Positions 39,850-51,057 are shown, counted from the first letter of the stretch. The stretch: DNA of 64,000 bases from Actinomycetota bacterium (GCA_018896525.1 JAHIMR010000065.1:8205-72204); one strand, 5' to 3'. The notes: generated by a model not told the origin, from the sequence alone. Numbers and translations are program-made.

Positions 39850-42800
39850 CTACTCCAAGACTATTCTAACCTTGCCGGGCTCCTTGCCCCTGGTGAGTTC
39901 GTCCAGGTACTCCTCGAACCGCTTCTTCATCTCGGCAGGTGTGACCGGTGAACCGCCGGAGAGCAGCGCCGCGCGCAGGTCCGTGATCTTGACCGGCACC
40001 TTCTGGAGTCCGGAAAGCACTTCCCCCATGGCATAGATGAAATACTGGTCAAGTTCGTCCGGCAGGGCACGCTTCTCGATGAAGCCGTCTACGAGCTTCT
40101 TGTAGTCGGGCTTGAGTAGGTCGAGGTTGACACGGGTGTTCGGGTCCTCCAGATTGGTCAGCAGCGTCTGGGTCCAGTTCTCCACCTGCTTATCCAGCTC
40201 CCCGTCCAGGCCGTCCAGGACCGTGCCCGCTGGTGCCTCCGGCGGCTCCGCGCCAGGCTTGAAATTGCAGTGAGGGCAGACGGCCGAGGCGTCCATTTCC
40301 TGCTCGGTGAGCGCGAAGCAACTCGTCAAGGCAGCGAGACGGTTCTGGAAATCGGTCAAGTGCTGACGGGGCATCAATTCGATAGTGGAGAGCTTCCGCA
40401 GCACCTGGAGTCGCTCATCGCCCATGAGGGCAGTCTTGTGTTTGTCTTCGTTCACGCCCAGCCGAGCTTTCGCGTGCAACGCCAGGTAGACCCTCACGTA
40501 GGCCCTCTTGAGATCGATCAATTTGCGTTGGGTCTGCTGGCGAAAGGTGGCCTCGCCACGTTTGTCCGGATCGCCGAACTGGGCGAGAACCTCGTCACGC
40601 GCCTTTTTCATCTTACCCACCCACTCGTGTTCCGTGGGTAGGACCGCCTCGGCCGTCGAGAGGAACGACGCGGTGGAACCGAGATCGGCCGCCAGTCCCT
40701 GGAGGGATTCGATCTCGGCCAGGGAATTGAGCCCGTCGCGGTGACCGGTCACCTCCCGGGCATCGTAACGGAAATTCTTGAGCTTGCCGGGCGAGGTATA
40801 GGCTTGGAGCGATTCCAGAAAGGTCTTGGTTTCATCGAGCCGGGAGCGAAGCTTCCGCGCCTCTTCCTCGGCCAGCAGGTTCCGGCCCCAGAAGAGCAGA
40901 CCGTCTTGCAGGTTCTGTTGCAGGAGAACAAGTTCCTCCACCGATTCTGATATGGCCTTCTGCAACTGCTGCACCGGCTCGTCCTTGCCCTGGGTTACCA
41001 AATGAGCCATGCCTGGTGTGAGCCCGAGCAGTTCGAACAGAGCCTTCAGGGCCGGTAAATTCCAGCCCTTGGGTTGCTCGATATGCTTAAACTGCATCAG
41101 TTCATCCACGCCGGTTCCGGCCAACTGCGGCAGGCCGTTAGCGTCGAATTTCTTGCCCGGGATGGCGAGAACCAGATCGCCGGTGTAGACCAACGTGGCC
41201 AGGACGACCGCCACCCATTCCGGCTCCAGCCGGTACCGGTCCTTGTCCATGTATTCTACGCCCTTGTCGTCCTGGATCAGCTCGGAGCGATTGACCACCT
41301 GACCATGGCCCTTCTTCTTGAGCTGTCCGAGGATGTACTTGGCATATTTCGAGTTGTAGGGATCGAGCCGTTCACCGTCGAGTAACTCCAACGCGTCCAG
41401 CACCGCCGTGGCCTGTTTGGTGCGGTTCTGACCGGCGATGGCGCGCAGGGCGTCCTGCGCGGCCTGTCCCCGGTTGGTCCCGGTGATGAGGACCGAGAAG
41501 AAAGGATGCTCGGGTGCCTGGTCCTGGAAATGCGCTCCCAGGCAAATGCCGGCGATGGTGTTCACCAGGTCGCGGAAGTTGATTCGCTCGCGGGAGCCGA
41601 TTCCGGACAGCTCACGTATCGACATACCCTTGGACCACTCGGTGAGCGACTTGGCGCGTCCCTGGTAGGTCACCTCGAAGGCTTCCGTCATGTGCTTTTG
41701 CAGCCACTGCACCAAGTCCCGGAGAGAATGGGATGACTTGGATTCGTAGGTGGCCTTGGCGTGCCCCGACGAGGTGGAAGCCAGGTCCAGGGCCGCGGCG
41801 TAATCCCTGAGCGCTGTGCGAAACTCGTCGTCTGCGTTGGTGAGCCGTAGAAACAGTTCATCGGGCTTCTTCTCGTCTTTGAAGTGTGGCGCATCAAAGG
41901 GCTGAATGAAGTAGAGGTAGAAATCGCGCGGCGGAACGGCGGTGGAACGCTCGTTGGGCGCGCCGAAGAAGAGATAACCCTGGCGTGCGGCCTTCCGCTC
42001 CAACCACTCCAACTCGTGCTGCCAGATCTTGTAGCCGGTGACGTAGGTCTGGTCCGTGCACTCCATGACCCGTTTCAGTGCCTCGTAGTAGTAGCGGTCA
42101 AGTTGAGAAGAGTCGAGGCTTTCAGCGCGCTTCTCGATCAGCGCGTCGAAGTCGTCGGTCTTCTTCAGGTCCAGGTAGAATTGCCGGTTGTCAGGGTTGA
42201 AGGAGATGAACTGGCCACTGACCGTCCTGTGGATCTCACGCAGGACTGTTTCCACCTGGGAGAGCAGGTCGTCAGCCGGATCGCCGCCCAGTTCCTCGAT
42301 ACCCGGTTGATACAGGCAGAGCCCGTCACGGAGCTCCTCGGCCGTCGCTCCAAGGGTGGTGTAGATGTCCCCCGTCGTAAGCCGCTGGACCGACAGGGCA
42401 TGGATGAGCCGCAGCGCCATGGTCTTGTAGGTTGGACGCGTGAAGGCCTGCTGGATGCGCGACTCCAGCACCTGGCTGCAGTCGATCACCGCCTTGATAT
42501 CCGGCACGGCACGGAAGGACGGGTTCTCTCGGAGATTGGTCCAGTAGGTATCGTAGGCGATCAGCCCGGGCCAGTTGTCTGGGACATCCTGGTCAAGCAA
42601 TTTCTTCATGGCCAGAGACAGGGTCTTGAGCACTTCTCGCTTTTCCACAGCGGTGACCCGCTCGAAGGTGTCGATGTAGTCGGGGTGCACTGGGAAAAGA
42701 CGGACGAACTCGTCCATGCGCTCGTGCATGTGGCCGTAGAACCTACCGAAGGGTGTGAGGTACTCGCGTATCTTGATCTGCTGTTCGCCGGTCTTCTTGA

Positions 42801-43578
42801 GCAATCGCTCGGCAACCACGAACTTGACATCCTTACGGGCGATGAGAATCTGCTCGAAGCGGTCCTTTACCCGGCGAACGCTGTCTGCCACAAAGGAAAA
42901 CCGGGGGCTGTCGAAGATAGCCTCCTGAACGCCAGCTATGAAGCGGAAGCGCAGGTCCTTGCAAACCTCGCCGATCTCGCGGAGGAAGTTCAGGTCGAGA
43001 ATGAGTTCCTGGTCCTTGCGGGTGCGCAAGTAATCAAGCAGTTCATCCACCACCAAGAGCAGGCCGTGTTCGGGAAACTCCTGGTGGAAGGCGGTCATCA
43101 TCTCCTCGAACGAGCGCTTGTTGCCGGACACCTCGGAGGCTGATGGGAAGCCATAGCTCACGCCCATCGCGGCCAAGTGCTCCTCCAGTTCGGCTATGAG
43201 GATGTCTCGAAGGGACATGGTCGTGGCCCCGATCTCAGTGCGCACAACCTTGAATCGGCCGGCTATTATCTCCGCGGCATCCGCCACATCCTGGTTGTTG
43301 AGGCAAGGGGCAAACTCTGGATTCTCGGCAAGCCCGGAGAGCACCGACATGAGGTGCGACTTGCCGGTGCCGTAGTTGCCGACCACCAGCAGGCCTTTGT
43401 TGTTGGTGGGATGCTCGAACTGCAACTGGGGTATGACAAGACCAACCAGCTTTTCCGCCATCTCATCGGAAATGACATAGGTTTCGATAAGCCGCCGGGC
43501 CTCAGTCGCTTCGTCGGCGTCTCGCAGTTGGATCACGGACTCGATAGGTTCAAACTGGATCAGGTCACCGTATTTCAT
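39850..43578 (-). CDS. brxC: BREX ATPase BrxC/PglY
   Basis: 1242 aa. N-terminus [24 protein letters not shown]...[20 protein letters not shown] is the hallmark BrxC start with Walker A. Confidence 0.85.
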   Translation of the reverse strand: MKYGDLIQFEPIESVIQLRDADEATEARRLIETYVISDEMAEKLVGLVIPQLQFEHPTNNKGLLVVGNYGTGKSHLMSVLSGLAENPEFAPCLNNQDVADAAEIIAGRFKVVRTEIGATTMSLRDILIAELEEHLAAMGVSYGFPSASEVSGNKRSFEEMMTAFHQEFPEHGLLLVVDELLDYLRTRKDQELILDLNFLREIGEVCKDLRFRFIAGVQEAIFDSPRFSFVADSVRRVKDRFEQILIARKDVKFVVAERLLKKTGEQQIKIREYLTPFGRFYGHMHERMDEFVRLFPVHPDYIDTFERVTAVEKREVLKTLSLAMKKLLDQDVPDNWPGLIAYDTYWTNLRENPSFRAVPDIKAVIDCSQVLESRIQQAFTRPTYKTMALRLIHALSVQRLTTGDIYTTLGATAEELRDGLCLYQPGIEELGGDPADDLLSQVETVLREIHRTVSGQFISFNPDNRQFYLDLKKTDDFDALIEKRAESLDSSQLDRYYYEALKRVMECTDQTYVTGYKIWQHELEWLERKAARQGYLFFGAPNERSTAVPPRDFYLYFIQPFDAPHFKDEKKPDELFLRLTNADDEFRTALRDYAAALDLASTSSGHAKATYESKSSHSLRDLVQWLQKHMTEAFEVTYQGRAKSLTEWSKGMSIRELSGIGSRERINFRDLVNTIAGICLGAHFQDQAPEHPFFSVLITGTNRGQAAQDALRAIAGQNRTKQATAVLDALELLDGERLDPYNSKYAKYILGQLKKKGHGQVVNRSELIQDDKGVEYMDKDRYRLEPEWVAVVLATLVYTGDLVLAIPGKKFDANGLPQLAGTGVDELMQFKHIEQPKGWNLPALKALFELLGLTPGMAHLVTQGKDEPVQQLQKAISESVEELVLLQQNLQDGLLFWGRNLLAEEEARKLRSRLDETKTFLESLQAYTSPGKLKNFRYDAREVTGHRDGLNSLAEIESLQGLAADLGSTASFLSTAEAVLPTEHEWVGKMKKARDEVLAQFGDPDKRGEATFRQQTQRKLIDLKRAYVRVYLALHAKARLGVNEDKHKTALMGDERLQVLRKLSTIELMPRQHLTDFQNRLAALTSCFALTEQEMDASAVCPHCNFKPGAEPPEAPAGTVLDGLDGELDKQVENWTQTLLTNLEDPNTRVNLDLLKPDYKKLVDGFIEKRALPDELDQYFIYAMGEVLSGLQKVPVKITDLRAALLSGGSPVTPAEMKKRFEEYLDELTRGKEPGKVRIVLE

Positions 43579-43630
43579 CGCGTCTGCTCCTCCGCTCCCT
43601 TGTATCGGAATCTGCTGGAATCTGTTATCT

Positions 43631-44110
43631 TCACTTCGTCACCTCCGGGCTTGCCACCAGAAAATCACGCACCGGGTATCGTCTGTACTCCGGGTGAGCC
43701 GGGGCGGCATAGGTCAAAGAACCGTCAACGATGGAGCCGTTCCATGCGGCAACCACAGTCTTATTACGCGAGAGTCCCTGGAGCAGCCGAAGCGGGTCCT
43801 GCTTCAGACCAACGTCGAACATGACTTCTATGTTGTCGAGCAGGATCATCTCGTCATCGCCATTATCGACGATCTCTCGAAGAAGACGCGGCAGCCGCAA
43901 GGCTCGCTGGCGCTCGGTCAAATCAAGCATTCGGCGGGATATCTCGAGATTGACATTCACCAGGGGCGCACCCATGCGATCCCGTACATCCAAGAGAGCA
44001 GTGGTTTTTCCCGCGCCCGCCAGCGCTATGACCAGTATCAGCCGGTGATAGAGTTCGGCGGTCTGCTTGACCTTTCGTACAATCTGATCAGCAAGGGGCT
44101 CCGCCATCAC
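43631..44110 (-). CDS. brxF: BREX type 3 small P-loop protein BrxF
   Basis: 159 aa with Walker [15 protein letters not shown], immediately upstream of brxC as in type 3 BREX. Confidence 0.6.
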   Translation of the reverse strand: MMAEPLADQIVRKVKQTAELYHRLILVIALAGAGKTTALLDVRDRMGAPLVNVNLEISRRMLDLTERQRALRLPRLLREIVDNGDDEMILLDNIEVMFDVGLKQDPLRLLQGLSRNKTVVAAWNGSIVDGSLTYAAPAHPEYRRYPVRDFLVASPEVTK

Positions 44111-44129
44111 TGTTCTCCCTTGTCCCTAC

Positions 44130-44351
44130 TCATTTGCGTTCATTTTGCTTGCGATCATCCTTGGCCTCGTCGGCTCCGCCCGTTTTAACCCACTCGTCCA
44201 CCTCTTCCTTGCGGAACTTCCAGAGGCGGCCGATCTTGTGCCCAGGCATATTTCTTTCACTTATCCACCTGTAAACGGTATCCCGCTTGACGCCGAGATA
44301 AGCCGCGATCTCATCCACGGAGAGCCATCGATCTTCCATCATTATCTCCAC
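44130..44351 (-). CDS. excisionase/AlpA-like MerR-type HTH DNA-binding protein (HTH_17)
   Basis: 73 aa: WLSVDEIAAYLGVKRDTVYRWISERNMPGHKIGRLWKFRKEEVDEWV is a classic Xis-family HTH. First gene of the island operon. Confidence 0.7.
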   Translation of the reverse strand: MEIMMEDRWLSVDEIAAYLGVKRDTVYRWISERNMPGHKIGRLWKFRKEEVDEWVKTGGADEAKDDRKQNERK

Positions 44352-44617
44352 TCATTTCGAGATTTGTCGACTGTCTAATAACGGCGGCATGTTGTCAGTT
44401 AGTAGATCGGTTTGAATGATTCGGCGCTTGGCGCTTTTATACAGACAAACCAAGTTAAACAAGAATAAAATATATCAGGCGAAGGCCTATTGTCAAACAC
44501 TTTTTCCGAGTGTATGGCTGTTTAATCTAATGTGACCGAGTTAGTCTAACCAGGCCAGCGGATCTTGGCGGTGCCCCGATACGGGGCCCGGGGCGTCCTT
44601 TGATAAGATGATGTTTA
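44352..44617. promoter_or_regulatory. AT-rich divergent intergenic region (likely promoters for the BREX operon and the GH35 operon)
   Basis: GC drops sharply relative to flanks. Candidate sigma70-like hexamers TTGAAT-18-TTTATA on the plus strand. Confidence 0.35.
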
Positions 44618-46756
44618 ATGGACTACCACATCAAGAACAAGCGCCTATACATCGACGGCTCGCCGGTCAGCTTTTTTTCCGGCAGTTTTCAGTACTGGCG
44701 GATGGAGCCGGGGCTGTGGGAGGATACGCTGCGGCGGGTCAAGGACATGGGCTTCGGCATTATCGAGACATACATGCCGTGGTCGGTGCACGAGGTTTCC
44801 CCCGGGCGGTTCGACTTCGGAAAGGGGGACCCCGGCCTCTACATCAAGCGCTTCCTCGAGCTTTGCGATGCCGCCGGTGTCAAGGTCCTGGCCCGGCCAG
44901 GCCCGCATATCAACGCGGAGCTGACCTACTTCGGGTACCCCGAGCGCATCTTCGCCGACGAGGAACTCCTCTGCCGGTGCGCCGACGGCACCCCGGTGGT
45001 ACTCCCGGCGCCGCCCCGTATGTTTCCCGCGCCGTGCTACCATCACCCACGATTCCTGTCGGAGGTTCGCGGGTACTTCGAAGCCCTCTCCGGCGCGATA
45101 AGCGACATGATTCACCCGGGGGGGCCGGTGATCGCCATCCAGGCGGACAACGAGTGCTCCAAGTTCTTCCGGGTTCACCCGTTCGACCACGACTACTCCG
45201 AGTACTCGGTCCGGCTCTACCGGAGGTTCCTCGAAGCGAAGTACGGTGACCTGGAGGAGTTGAACCGTGTGTACGGCACCCGGCACGGCGCGTTCGAGCT
45301 GGTGGACCCGCCCCGCGCCTTCAGGCCGGAGAGGCCCGAGGATCTCCCGTACTACCTGGACTGGGTCCAGTTCGGGGAGCATTATATCAACGAATCGCTG
45401 GGGAGCATCGCGGGAATCCTCCGTGACTGCTTCGGGGAGAGCGTCCCCCTGTTTCATAACTACCCCACCACCATGCCGGTCCCGCCTTTCAACGTCACCG
45501 AGGCGGAGGAGTTCCTCGATTTCCAGGGCATCGACGCCTACCCCTTAAAGAGCCAATACCACCAGGTACGAAGGGGCATCAAGCTCACCTCAACGGTGAG
45601 CCGACTTCCGGTGTTGTTGGAGTTTTCTTCCGGGGGTGCCTACTACACACGCCCGGTCGACCTGGCGGACCAGGAGTTCACAACCTGGTCAGCCCTCATG
45701 CACGGTATAAGGGGCATCAACTTCTACATGATCGTGGAACGGGAACGGTGGTACGGCTCCCCCCTCAAGCGGGACGGCTCGCCCAGGCCGCGGCATTACG
45801 AGTTCTACCGTCGCTTCCTGACGGAGGTGCGCCAGTGGGGCCTGGAAGAGATGACTCCCCACCGTCCGGTCCTGCTTCTCATCAACCGGGAGTACGAGCG
45901 CCTGGCGAGCGCGGCCACGCTCCTGTGCCCCAACTCGAGCCTTCTCACCGAGTTCGCCGGTATCACCGACGCACCCGACGGCCTTCTCGTCTCGGACGAG
46001 ACGTTCGGCCTGCCCGAACCGGTGGCCTACAGGTACCTGCGGCTTCGCGCGTTCTGGTACTGGGCCCTCACCGCCGCCGGGGTCCACTTCGCCATCGGCG
46101 ACACCTGCCGCGCGGAAGACCTCTCGGGAGAGCACCCCCTGGTCATCGTGCCGACCTTCGATTTTCTGGACCGCGGGTTGCAGGAGCGAATGGTTGAGTA
46201 CGCGCGCGGCGGCGGGGCCCTGGTAGTCGGCCCGCGGGCCCCGTTTTCGGACGAGACGATGAAGCCGTGCGACGTGCTGGGGTGTCACATGCGCCAGCCG
46301 GAGGAGATCCGCCCCGGGGGGGAAGCGTTCGGCGTCCCCGTCGAAGAAGTATCTCTCTTCGGAGACGAGGCCGACGGCGACCGTGGAACCACCCCCCTCT
46401 ACCGGAACCCTGTGGGGAACGGCTGGCTGATCCACCTGGGCATCGTCCCCGGGGACATCTGCGGCGTGGTGGACGCGGAGCCGTTCGGGCCGCTGGTGGA
46501 CACGCTGATGCGCATGGGCGGGGTCGACCCCTCGTTCGTCCCCTCCGACAGTAGAATCGACGTATCCGTGCTCAGGGGAGATGGACGCGAGGTGCTCCTG
46601 GTGGCTAACCCCACTGACGAGGCGATCGAGGCCGAGTTGAGCCATGCCACGGGTGGGAGTTACCGGGACCTCCGCACCGGCGGGACGGCGGGCGTTGGGG
46701 GGACTATAACTGTTTTGCTCGAGCCGTATACGATCAAGGCCCTGGGAAAGGCGTAG
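44618..46756 (+). CDS. glycoside hydrolase family 35 beta-galactosidase
   Basis: 712 aa. GH35 N-terminus (YIDGSPVSFFSGSFQYWRMEPGLWEDTLRRVKDMGFGIIETYMPWSVHEVSPGRFDF...RPGPHINAELTYFG). Confidence 0.75.
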   Translation: MDYHIKNKRLYIDGSPVSFFSGSFQYWRMEPGLWEDTLRRVKDMGFGIIETYMPWSVHEVSPGRFDFGKGDPGLYIKRFLELCDAAGVKVLARPGPHINAELTYFGYPERIFADEELLCRCADGTPVVLPAPPRMFPAPCYHHPRFLSEVRGYFEALSGAISDMIHPGGPVIAIQADNECSKFFRVHPFDHDYSEYSVRLYRRFLEAKYGDLEELNRVYGTRHGAFELVDPPRAFRPERPEDLPYYLDWVQFGEHYINESLGSIAGILRDCFGESVPLFHNYPTTMPVPPFNVTEAEEFLDFQGIDAYPLKSQYHQVRRGIKLTSTVSRLPVLLEFSSGGAYYTRPVDLADQEFTTWSALMHGIRGINFYMIVERERWYGSPLKRDGSPRPRHYEFYRRFLTEVRQWGLEEMTPHRPVLLLINREYERLASAATLLCPNSSLLTEFAGITDAPDGLLVSDETFGLPEPVAYRYLRLRAFWYWALTAAGVHFAIGDTCRAEDLSGEHPLVIVPTFDFLDRGLQERMVEYARGGGALVVGPRAPFSDETMKPCDVLGCHMRQPEEIRPGGEAFGVPVEEVSLFGDEADGDRGTTPLYRNPVGNGWLIHLGIVPGDICGVVDAEPFGPLVDTLMRMGGVDPSFVPSDSRIDVSVLRGDGREVLLVANPTDEAIEAELSHATGGSYRDLRTGGTAGVGGTITVLLEPYTIKALGKA

Positions 46757-46758
46757 CC

Positions 46759-47577
46759 ATGCTCGATAAAGACATACTTGTGGTCGATCTCGGTGCCGAC
46801 AACTGGAACAGGCTGCTTGGCCTGGGAGAGGGGCTCCTGAAGGCGCTGGAGCCCGATGACGGCCCCGGCCCCCTGCTGGTCATATACCGGGGGCTCAAGC
46901 TCCTCAGGGCCATTGACCTGGGGTGTGCCAGGCCGGTAAGCGTGGAGTTTTACGGCACCTCCCGGCTTGACATGCTCTCACGCGAGTCCGGTTACCCCCG
47001 CATCCTGGCCCTGGAGGAGAACGCGTTAACAAGGGTCGTTGGGCACGCCCAGCGGGAATTGGAGTACAAGGATGACTACCTCAAGCAGTTGGGGGGCTTC
47101 GCCCGGGGTGTTGCGCGCGAATGGGGACGGACAATCTTTACCTATCCGCCCCGGGGCCGCCTCCGCCTTCCGCCCCACCGGGCCCTTGAGTGGGCATTCC
47201 GGCTTCTCGTGCCGGACGATACTGTGTTCCTGTTCGCGATAACCGAGAAACGGAAGGCCTGGACGTCCGCCGTCATGGGATACTCGGGCGGCGACCTGTG
47301 GCTCCTGACCTCGCTGGACACGGTCGCCCTCGAGGAGGGTGATCTCTCAAACGGTGCTCTGGAAGCAGCCGCCCGCCTGCTGCAATCGAAGTACGGGGGA
47401 ACGGTGCGGGTGGTCGCGATCCAGCGGGAGGCGCTCCTTCGCGTCTCGCGTAGCCGTTTCCCCTCCGGCGCTCTCCTGTGGGCGCTGAACACCGGCGACT
47501 TGAGGCTCTCGCGAATCCCACTGCGCTGGAAGGTGCTCGCCTTTGCCGCAGCGCTTGCCGCGACGAGAAGAGGGTAA
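46759..47577 (+). CDS. hypothetical protein co-transcribed with the GH35 gene
   Basis: 272 aa. Starts 3 nt after the GH35 stop. No motif recognised. Confidence 0.45.
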   Translation: MLDKDILVVDLGADNWNRLLGLGEGLLKALEPDDGPGPLLVIYRGLKLLRAIDLGCARPVSVEFYGTSRLDMLSRESGYPRILALEENALTRVVGHAQRELEYKDDYLKQLGGFARGVAREWGRTIFTYPPRGRLRLPPHRALEWAFRLLVPDDTVFLFAITEKRKAWTSAVMGYSGGDLWLLTSLDTVALEEGDLSNGALEAAARLLQSKYGGTVRVVAIQREALLRVSRSRFPSGALLWALNTGDLRLSRIPLRWKVLAFAAALAATRRG

Positions 47578-47869
47578 CTCCCTCGTAGCGCCGGCATCTT
47601 GCCGGCATCGGAACGCGCCAGTGGTGCCTGGCACCATTGGCGCGTTTTTCCGTTTGCTTAACGAGGGAGGAGTCCACGCCCTGGGGCTGTTGCATAATGG
47701 GGTGTGGGTTTGGGTGGATGTTGCAACGGCACCAGCCCGGGGATGGCGTTTCTTGTCTCACGTCATCGCTTGTAATGCAGGGGTCAGGCCCGCTGTTGCA
47801 TTATGGAGATAGTCTTGAGTGAGAAGACGAACGACACCAGCCTGGGCCAGACCCCGTTTGGGTGGCGGG
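47578..47869. repeat. family-2 conserved intergenic element, copy 2, ending on the rplQ stop codon
   Basis: See copy 1. Ends ...CCCCGTTTGGGTGGCGGGTTA, where TTA is the rplQ stop on the minus strand. Confidence 0.75.
47615..47652 (+). terminator. intrinsic terminator (GCGCCAGTGGTGCC-TGGC-ACCATTGGCGC followed by TTTTT)
   Basis: Stem-loop plus T-run after the 46759 gene. First module of family-2 copy 2. Confidence 0.55.
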
Positions 47870-48220
47870 TTAGACGAACTCCATCAAGACCATCGAGGCG
47901 TTGTCACCCTGACGTTGCCCGAGTTTGAGAATCCTGGTGTAACCCCCGGCCCGATCGCTGTAGCGTGGCGCCACCTCGTCGAATAGCCGGTGGATGGTGT
48001 CCCTGTCGGCTATTACCTTCAACGCCTTGCGGCGCGAGTTCAAGTCCCCGACCTTCCCGTAGGTAATCAACCGTTCAACCACCGGCTGGGCCATCTTGGC
48101 GCGGGTTTCGGTAGTCTTGATCCTCCCGTGGATTATGAGTTCCCGGGCCAGGTTGGCGAGCATCGCCTTCTGGTGGGACGGGCCGCCCCCCAGTCTTGGG
48201 CCTTTCTTCGGCTTAGGCAT
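47870..48220 (-). CDS. rplQ: 50S ribosomal protein L17
   Basis: 116 aa. [23 protein letters not shown]. Confidence 0.85.
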   Translation of the reverse strand: MPKPKKGPRLGGGPSHQKAMLANLARELIIHGRIKTTETRAKMAQPVVERLITYGKVGDLNSRRKALKVIADRDTIHRLFDEVAPRYSDRAGGYTRILKLGQRQGDNASMVLMEFV

Positions 48221-48315
48221 TACTGATCACCAGCTTAGATGTTCCAACACCGCTTGCTTGTGTGCGTTTGCTCGGGCTCCGCTTGTTCACCGTAGCACCT
48301 CTTGTCTCACCAAAT

Positions 48316-49251
48316 TTATTCCGACTGCTTCAGTGACAATCCCCTGGCCTCCAACTTCTCCTTGATAAGCTCCACCGTCTTGGCACCAAGGTTCCTTATT
48401 CCCATCATCTCTTCCTCGGTGTGGCTTACCAGGTCCGCCAGCGTCTCGATCTTCGCTCTCTGCAGGCAGTTACAGGCCCTTACGTTGAGTTCCAGATCGC
48501 TGATGCCGGTGTCAAGCCCGGCCGTGAGGCTGACCTCAGTGGGCTCGAACACTTCTTCCAGCCCGGCCTCCTCCGCGAGGTTTTTCAGCAGGTTGATGTG
48601 CTCGACAAGGATCTTGGCACCGATGCTTACCGCCTCATCAGGCTTGATGCTGCCGTTGGTCCTGACGAAAAGGGTAAGCTTGTCAAAGTCGGTTCGCTGG
48701 CCCACACGGGTATAGTCGACCTTAAACGTGACGTTGCTCACCGGGGAGTAGACCGAGTCGACCGGGATGACCCCGATGGCGTCGCCCTCCCTCTCGTTTT
48801 CATCCGCCGCGGCGTACCCCCGTCCCGTTTCCACCACCATCTCCATCTCGAACTTGCACTTCTTGGTAAGAGTTACGATATGGTGCTCCGGGTTCAGCAC
48901 CTCCACGGTGGAAGGCACCTCGATGTCCTTGGCGGTCAACTCCCCCGCCTTGACACCTTTGAGCTTGATAGTGGCTGGCTCGTCGTCGTCCAGGCTCAAC
49001 ACTAATTCCTTGATATTAAGCAGTATCTCGATGGTGTCCTCACGGACTCCTTCGATCGCCGAGTACTCGTGCTGCACCCCCGCTATCTTTACCGAGGTCA
49101 CCGCCGCACCGGGGATCGAGGAAAGGAGAACCCTCCTCATGGAGTTTCCCAGGGTGTGCCCGAGCCCTCTCTCCAGCGGCTCTATGGAGAACGCCCCCTC
49201 GGTGTCATTCAAGTCAAGCACCTTAATCTGTGGTTTCTGGATTCCTAGCAA
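48316..49251 (-). CDS. rpoA: DNA-directed RNA polymerase alpha subunit
   Basis: 311 aa with NTD and CTD motifs. Confidence 0.9.
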   Translation of the reverse strand: MLGIQKPQIKVLDLNDTEGAFSIEPLERGLGHTLGNSMRRVLLSSIPGAAVTSVKIAGVQHEYSAIEGVREDTIEILLNIKELVLSLDDDEPATIKLKGVKAGELTAKDIEVPSTVEVLNPEHHIVTLTKKCKFEMEMVVETGRGYAAADENEREGDAIGVIPVDSVYSPVSNVTFKVDYTRVGQRTDFDKLTLFVRTNGSIKPDEAVSIGAKILVEHINLLKNLAEEAGLEEVFEPTEVSLTAGLDTGISDLELNVRACNCLQRAKIETLADLVSHTEEEMMGIRNLGAKTVELIKEKLEARGLSLKQSE

Positions 49252-49280
49252 TAGACTACCCTCCGCAAAGTCGATATGCC

Positions 49281-49904
49281 CTACCGCGAGTAGAGCTCCA
49301 CAATCATTTCGTCTCGGATCTCAACGTCCGGATTATAACCATCGGGTTTCTCGATTACCGTCGCGGCCAGGTTCTTCAGGTCCACATTGAGCCAGGGCAC
49401 CTGCTCGCGCCGGAAGCCCCGGGTCGCCTCCTTGAACACGTCGAGCTTTTTACTTCCGGGAGCGACACCGATGACGTCGCCCTCCTTCACCTGGTACGAC
49501 CCGATGTCCACCTTTCTCTCGTTCACTGTCACATGCCCGTGTGAAACCAGTTGCCGCGCCTGCTTCCGGCTCGCCGCCAGGCCCGCCCGGTACACCATGT
49601 TATCCAGTCGGCTCTCCAGCAACCGCAACAGGTTCTCACCGGTGCGGCCCTTCTGCTTCAACGCCTGCTTGTAATAAGTGCGGAACTGCCGCTCTCTCAC
49701 TCCGTAGACACGGCGGGCCTTCTGCTTCTCCCTTATCTGGAGCAGGTAGTCGGACTCCCTTACTCTTCTGCGACCGTGCTCACCGGGCGGGTAACCGCGC
49801 CGATCCATCGAGCAACTATTCGAGTCGCATCGTTCGCCCTTGAGGTAGAGCTTGGTCTTCTCCCTGCGGCATTGCTTGCAAACCGATCCAGTATACCTGC
49901 CCAA
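49281..49904 (-). CDS. rpsD: 30S ribosomal protein S4
   Basis: 207 aa with N-terminal zinc-ribbon Cys and S4 domain. Confidence 0.9.
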   Translation of the reverse strand: MGRYTGSVCKQCRREKTKLYLKGERCDSNSCSMDRRGYPPGEHGRRRVRESDYLLQIREKQKARRVYGVRERQFRTYYKQALKQKGRTGENLLRLLESRLDNMVYRAGLAASRKQARQLVSHGHVTVNERKVDIGSYQVKEGDVIGVAPGSKKLDVFKEATRGFRREQVPWLNVDLKNLAATVIEKPDGYNPDVEIRDEMIVELYSR

Positions 49905-49907
49905 GCC

Positions 49908-50306
49908 TTACACCCTCCTTTTCTTCTTCTGTCGACACCCGTTGTGGGGAACAGGCGTAACATCCTTTATCGAACCAACCTCGAGCCCCCTGGCCTGAAG
50001 GGTCCTGATCGCCGTCTCTCTCCCGGAGCCCGGGCCCTTGACCCTGACGTCAACCTTGCGCATCCCGTTCTCCTGGGCACGCTTGGCCGCTGCCTCGGCG
50101 GCCATTTGCGCCGCGAACGGGGTACTCTTGCGAGAGCCCTTGAAGCCGATTGACCCCGAACTCGACCAGACTATGGTATTCCCGTCCAGGTCGGTGATGG
50201 TTATGATGGTATTGTTAAACGTGGCCCTTATATGCGCTATCCCCTGAGGGATGTTCTTCTTGACTTTCTTGCGCCCTCTCGACCGACCCTTTCCTGGTTT
50301 TGGCAA
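49908..50306 (-). CDS. rpsK: 30S ribosomal protein S11
   Basis: 132 aa. [19 protein letters not shown]. Confidence 0.9.
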   Translation of the reverse strand: MPKPGKGRSRGRKKVKKNIPQGIAHIRATFNNTIITITDLDGNTIVWSSSGSIGFKGSRKSTPFAAQMAAEAAAKRAQENGMRKVDVRVKGPGSGRETAIRTLQARGLEVGSIKDVTPVPHNGCRQKKKRRV

Positions 50307-50329
50307 TACCTGCTCCTTTCTCGAGTTTC

Positions 50330-50710
50330 CTACTGTGCCTGTCTCTTTTTCTTGATCCCGACCTGTGGCCGAGGTCCTTTCCGGGTACGCGCGTTAGTGT
50401 GCGTCCTCTGGCCTCTCACCGGGAGGCCCCGGCGATGCCTCAGGCCCCGGTAACAGCCGATCTCCATCAGCCGCTTGATGTTCTGCGAACGTTCCCTGTG
50501 CAGGTCTCCCTCTATCTGGTAGTTACTGTCGATAAACTCCCTCAGCCTTACGATCTCCTCGTCGGTGAGGTCGCGTACCTTCGTCTCCGGGTCTACCCCT
50601 ACGCCTTCACAGGTCTTACGGCCGCGAGACCGGCCAATGCCGTAAATATAGGTCAGCGCTATCTCAACGTGCTTCTCCCTGGGAAGATCAACGCCCGCGA
50701 TTCTTGCCAC
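50330..50710 (-). CDS. rpsM: 30S ribosomal protein S13
   Basis: 126 aa. [26 protein letters not shown]. Confidence 0.9.
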   Translation of the reverse strand: MARIAGVDLPREKHVEIALTYIYGIGRSRGRKTCEGVGVDPETKVRDLTDEEIVRLREFIDSNYQIEGDLHRERSQNIKRLMEIGCYRGLRHRRGLPVRGQRTHTNARTRKGPRPQVGIKKKRQAQ

Positions 50711-50726
50711 GCCGGTTCCTTTCTCT

Positions 50727-51057
50727 TACTGCCTCGTTCCATAGATACGGTTAAGCACCGAGAGCGTCGAAGCGCCGCTCCGGCAAGGCGCGCGACTCAG
50801 TGCCTCGCTTGATAGATACGGTTTAGCACCGAGAGCGTCGAAGCGCCGCTCCGGCAAGGCGCGCGACCGAGACGTACTCCCGTAGTACTTCGAGGGAGCG
50901 GAACGCAGCCGGAGTGGATGCAGCGGCGTTCGAATGCCAGCGTATTTATGGAGCGGGGTACTTATGCGTACTCCTGTAGTACGTCGAGGGAGCGGAACGC
51001 AGCCGGTGTGGATGCAGCGGCGCTCGAATGCCAGCGTATTTATGGAGCGGGGCATTA
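50727..51057. repeat. family-1 element array (modules X,X,Y,Y; orientation B) between rpsM and rpmJ
   Basis: Two half-module-X copies followed by two module-Y copies. Abuts the rpmJ stop codon. Confidence 0.8.

Noticed and set aside
41884-43143. 419-aa plus-strand ORF inside brxC
   Set aside because: Antisense to BrxC. No recognisable motifs.
43631-44110. Alternative reading of the 159-aa P-loop ORF as a generic kinase
   Set aside because: Size, position immediately upstream of brxC and a Walker A only architecture fit BrxF of type 3 BREX better. Kept as BrxF at moderate confidence.
50726-51055. Small ORFs within family-1 repeats ([24 protein letters not shown]..., MPAYLW...)
   Set aside because: Repeated peptides arise only because the DNA repeat is repeated. 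Frames are not conserved between copies/orientations. Treated as non-coding. The MIRU analogy means this could be revisited.
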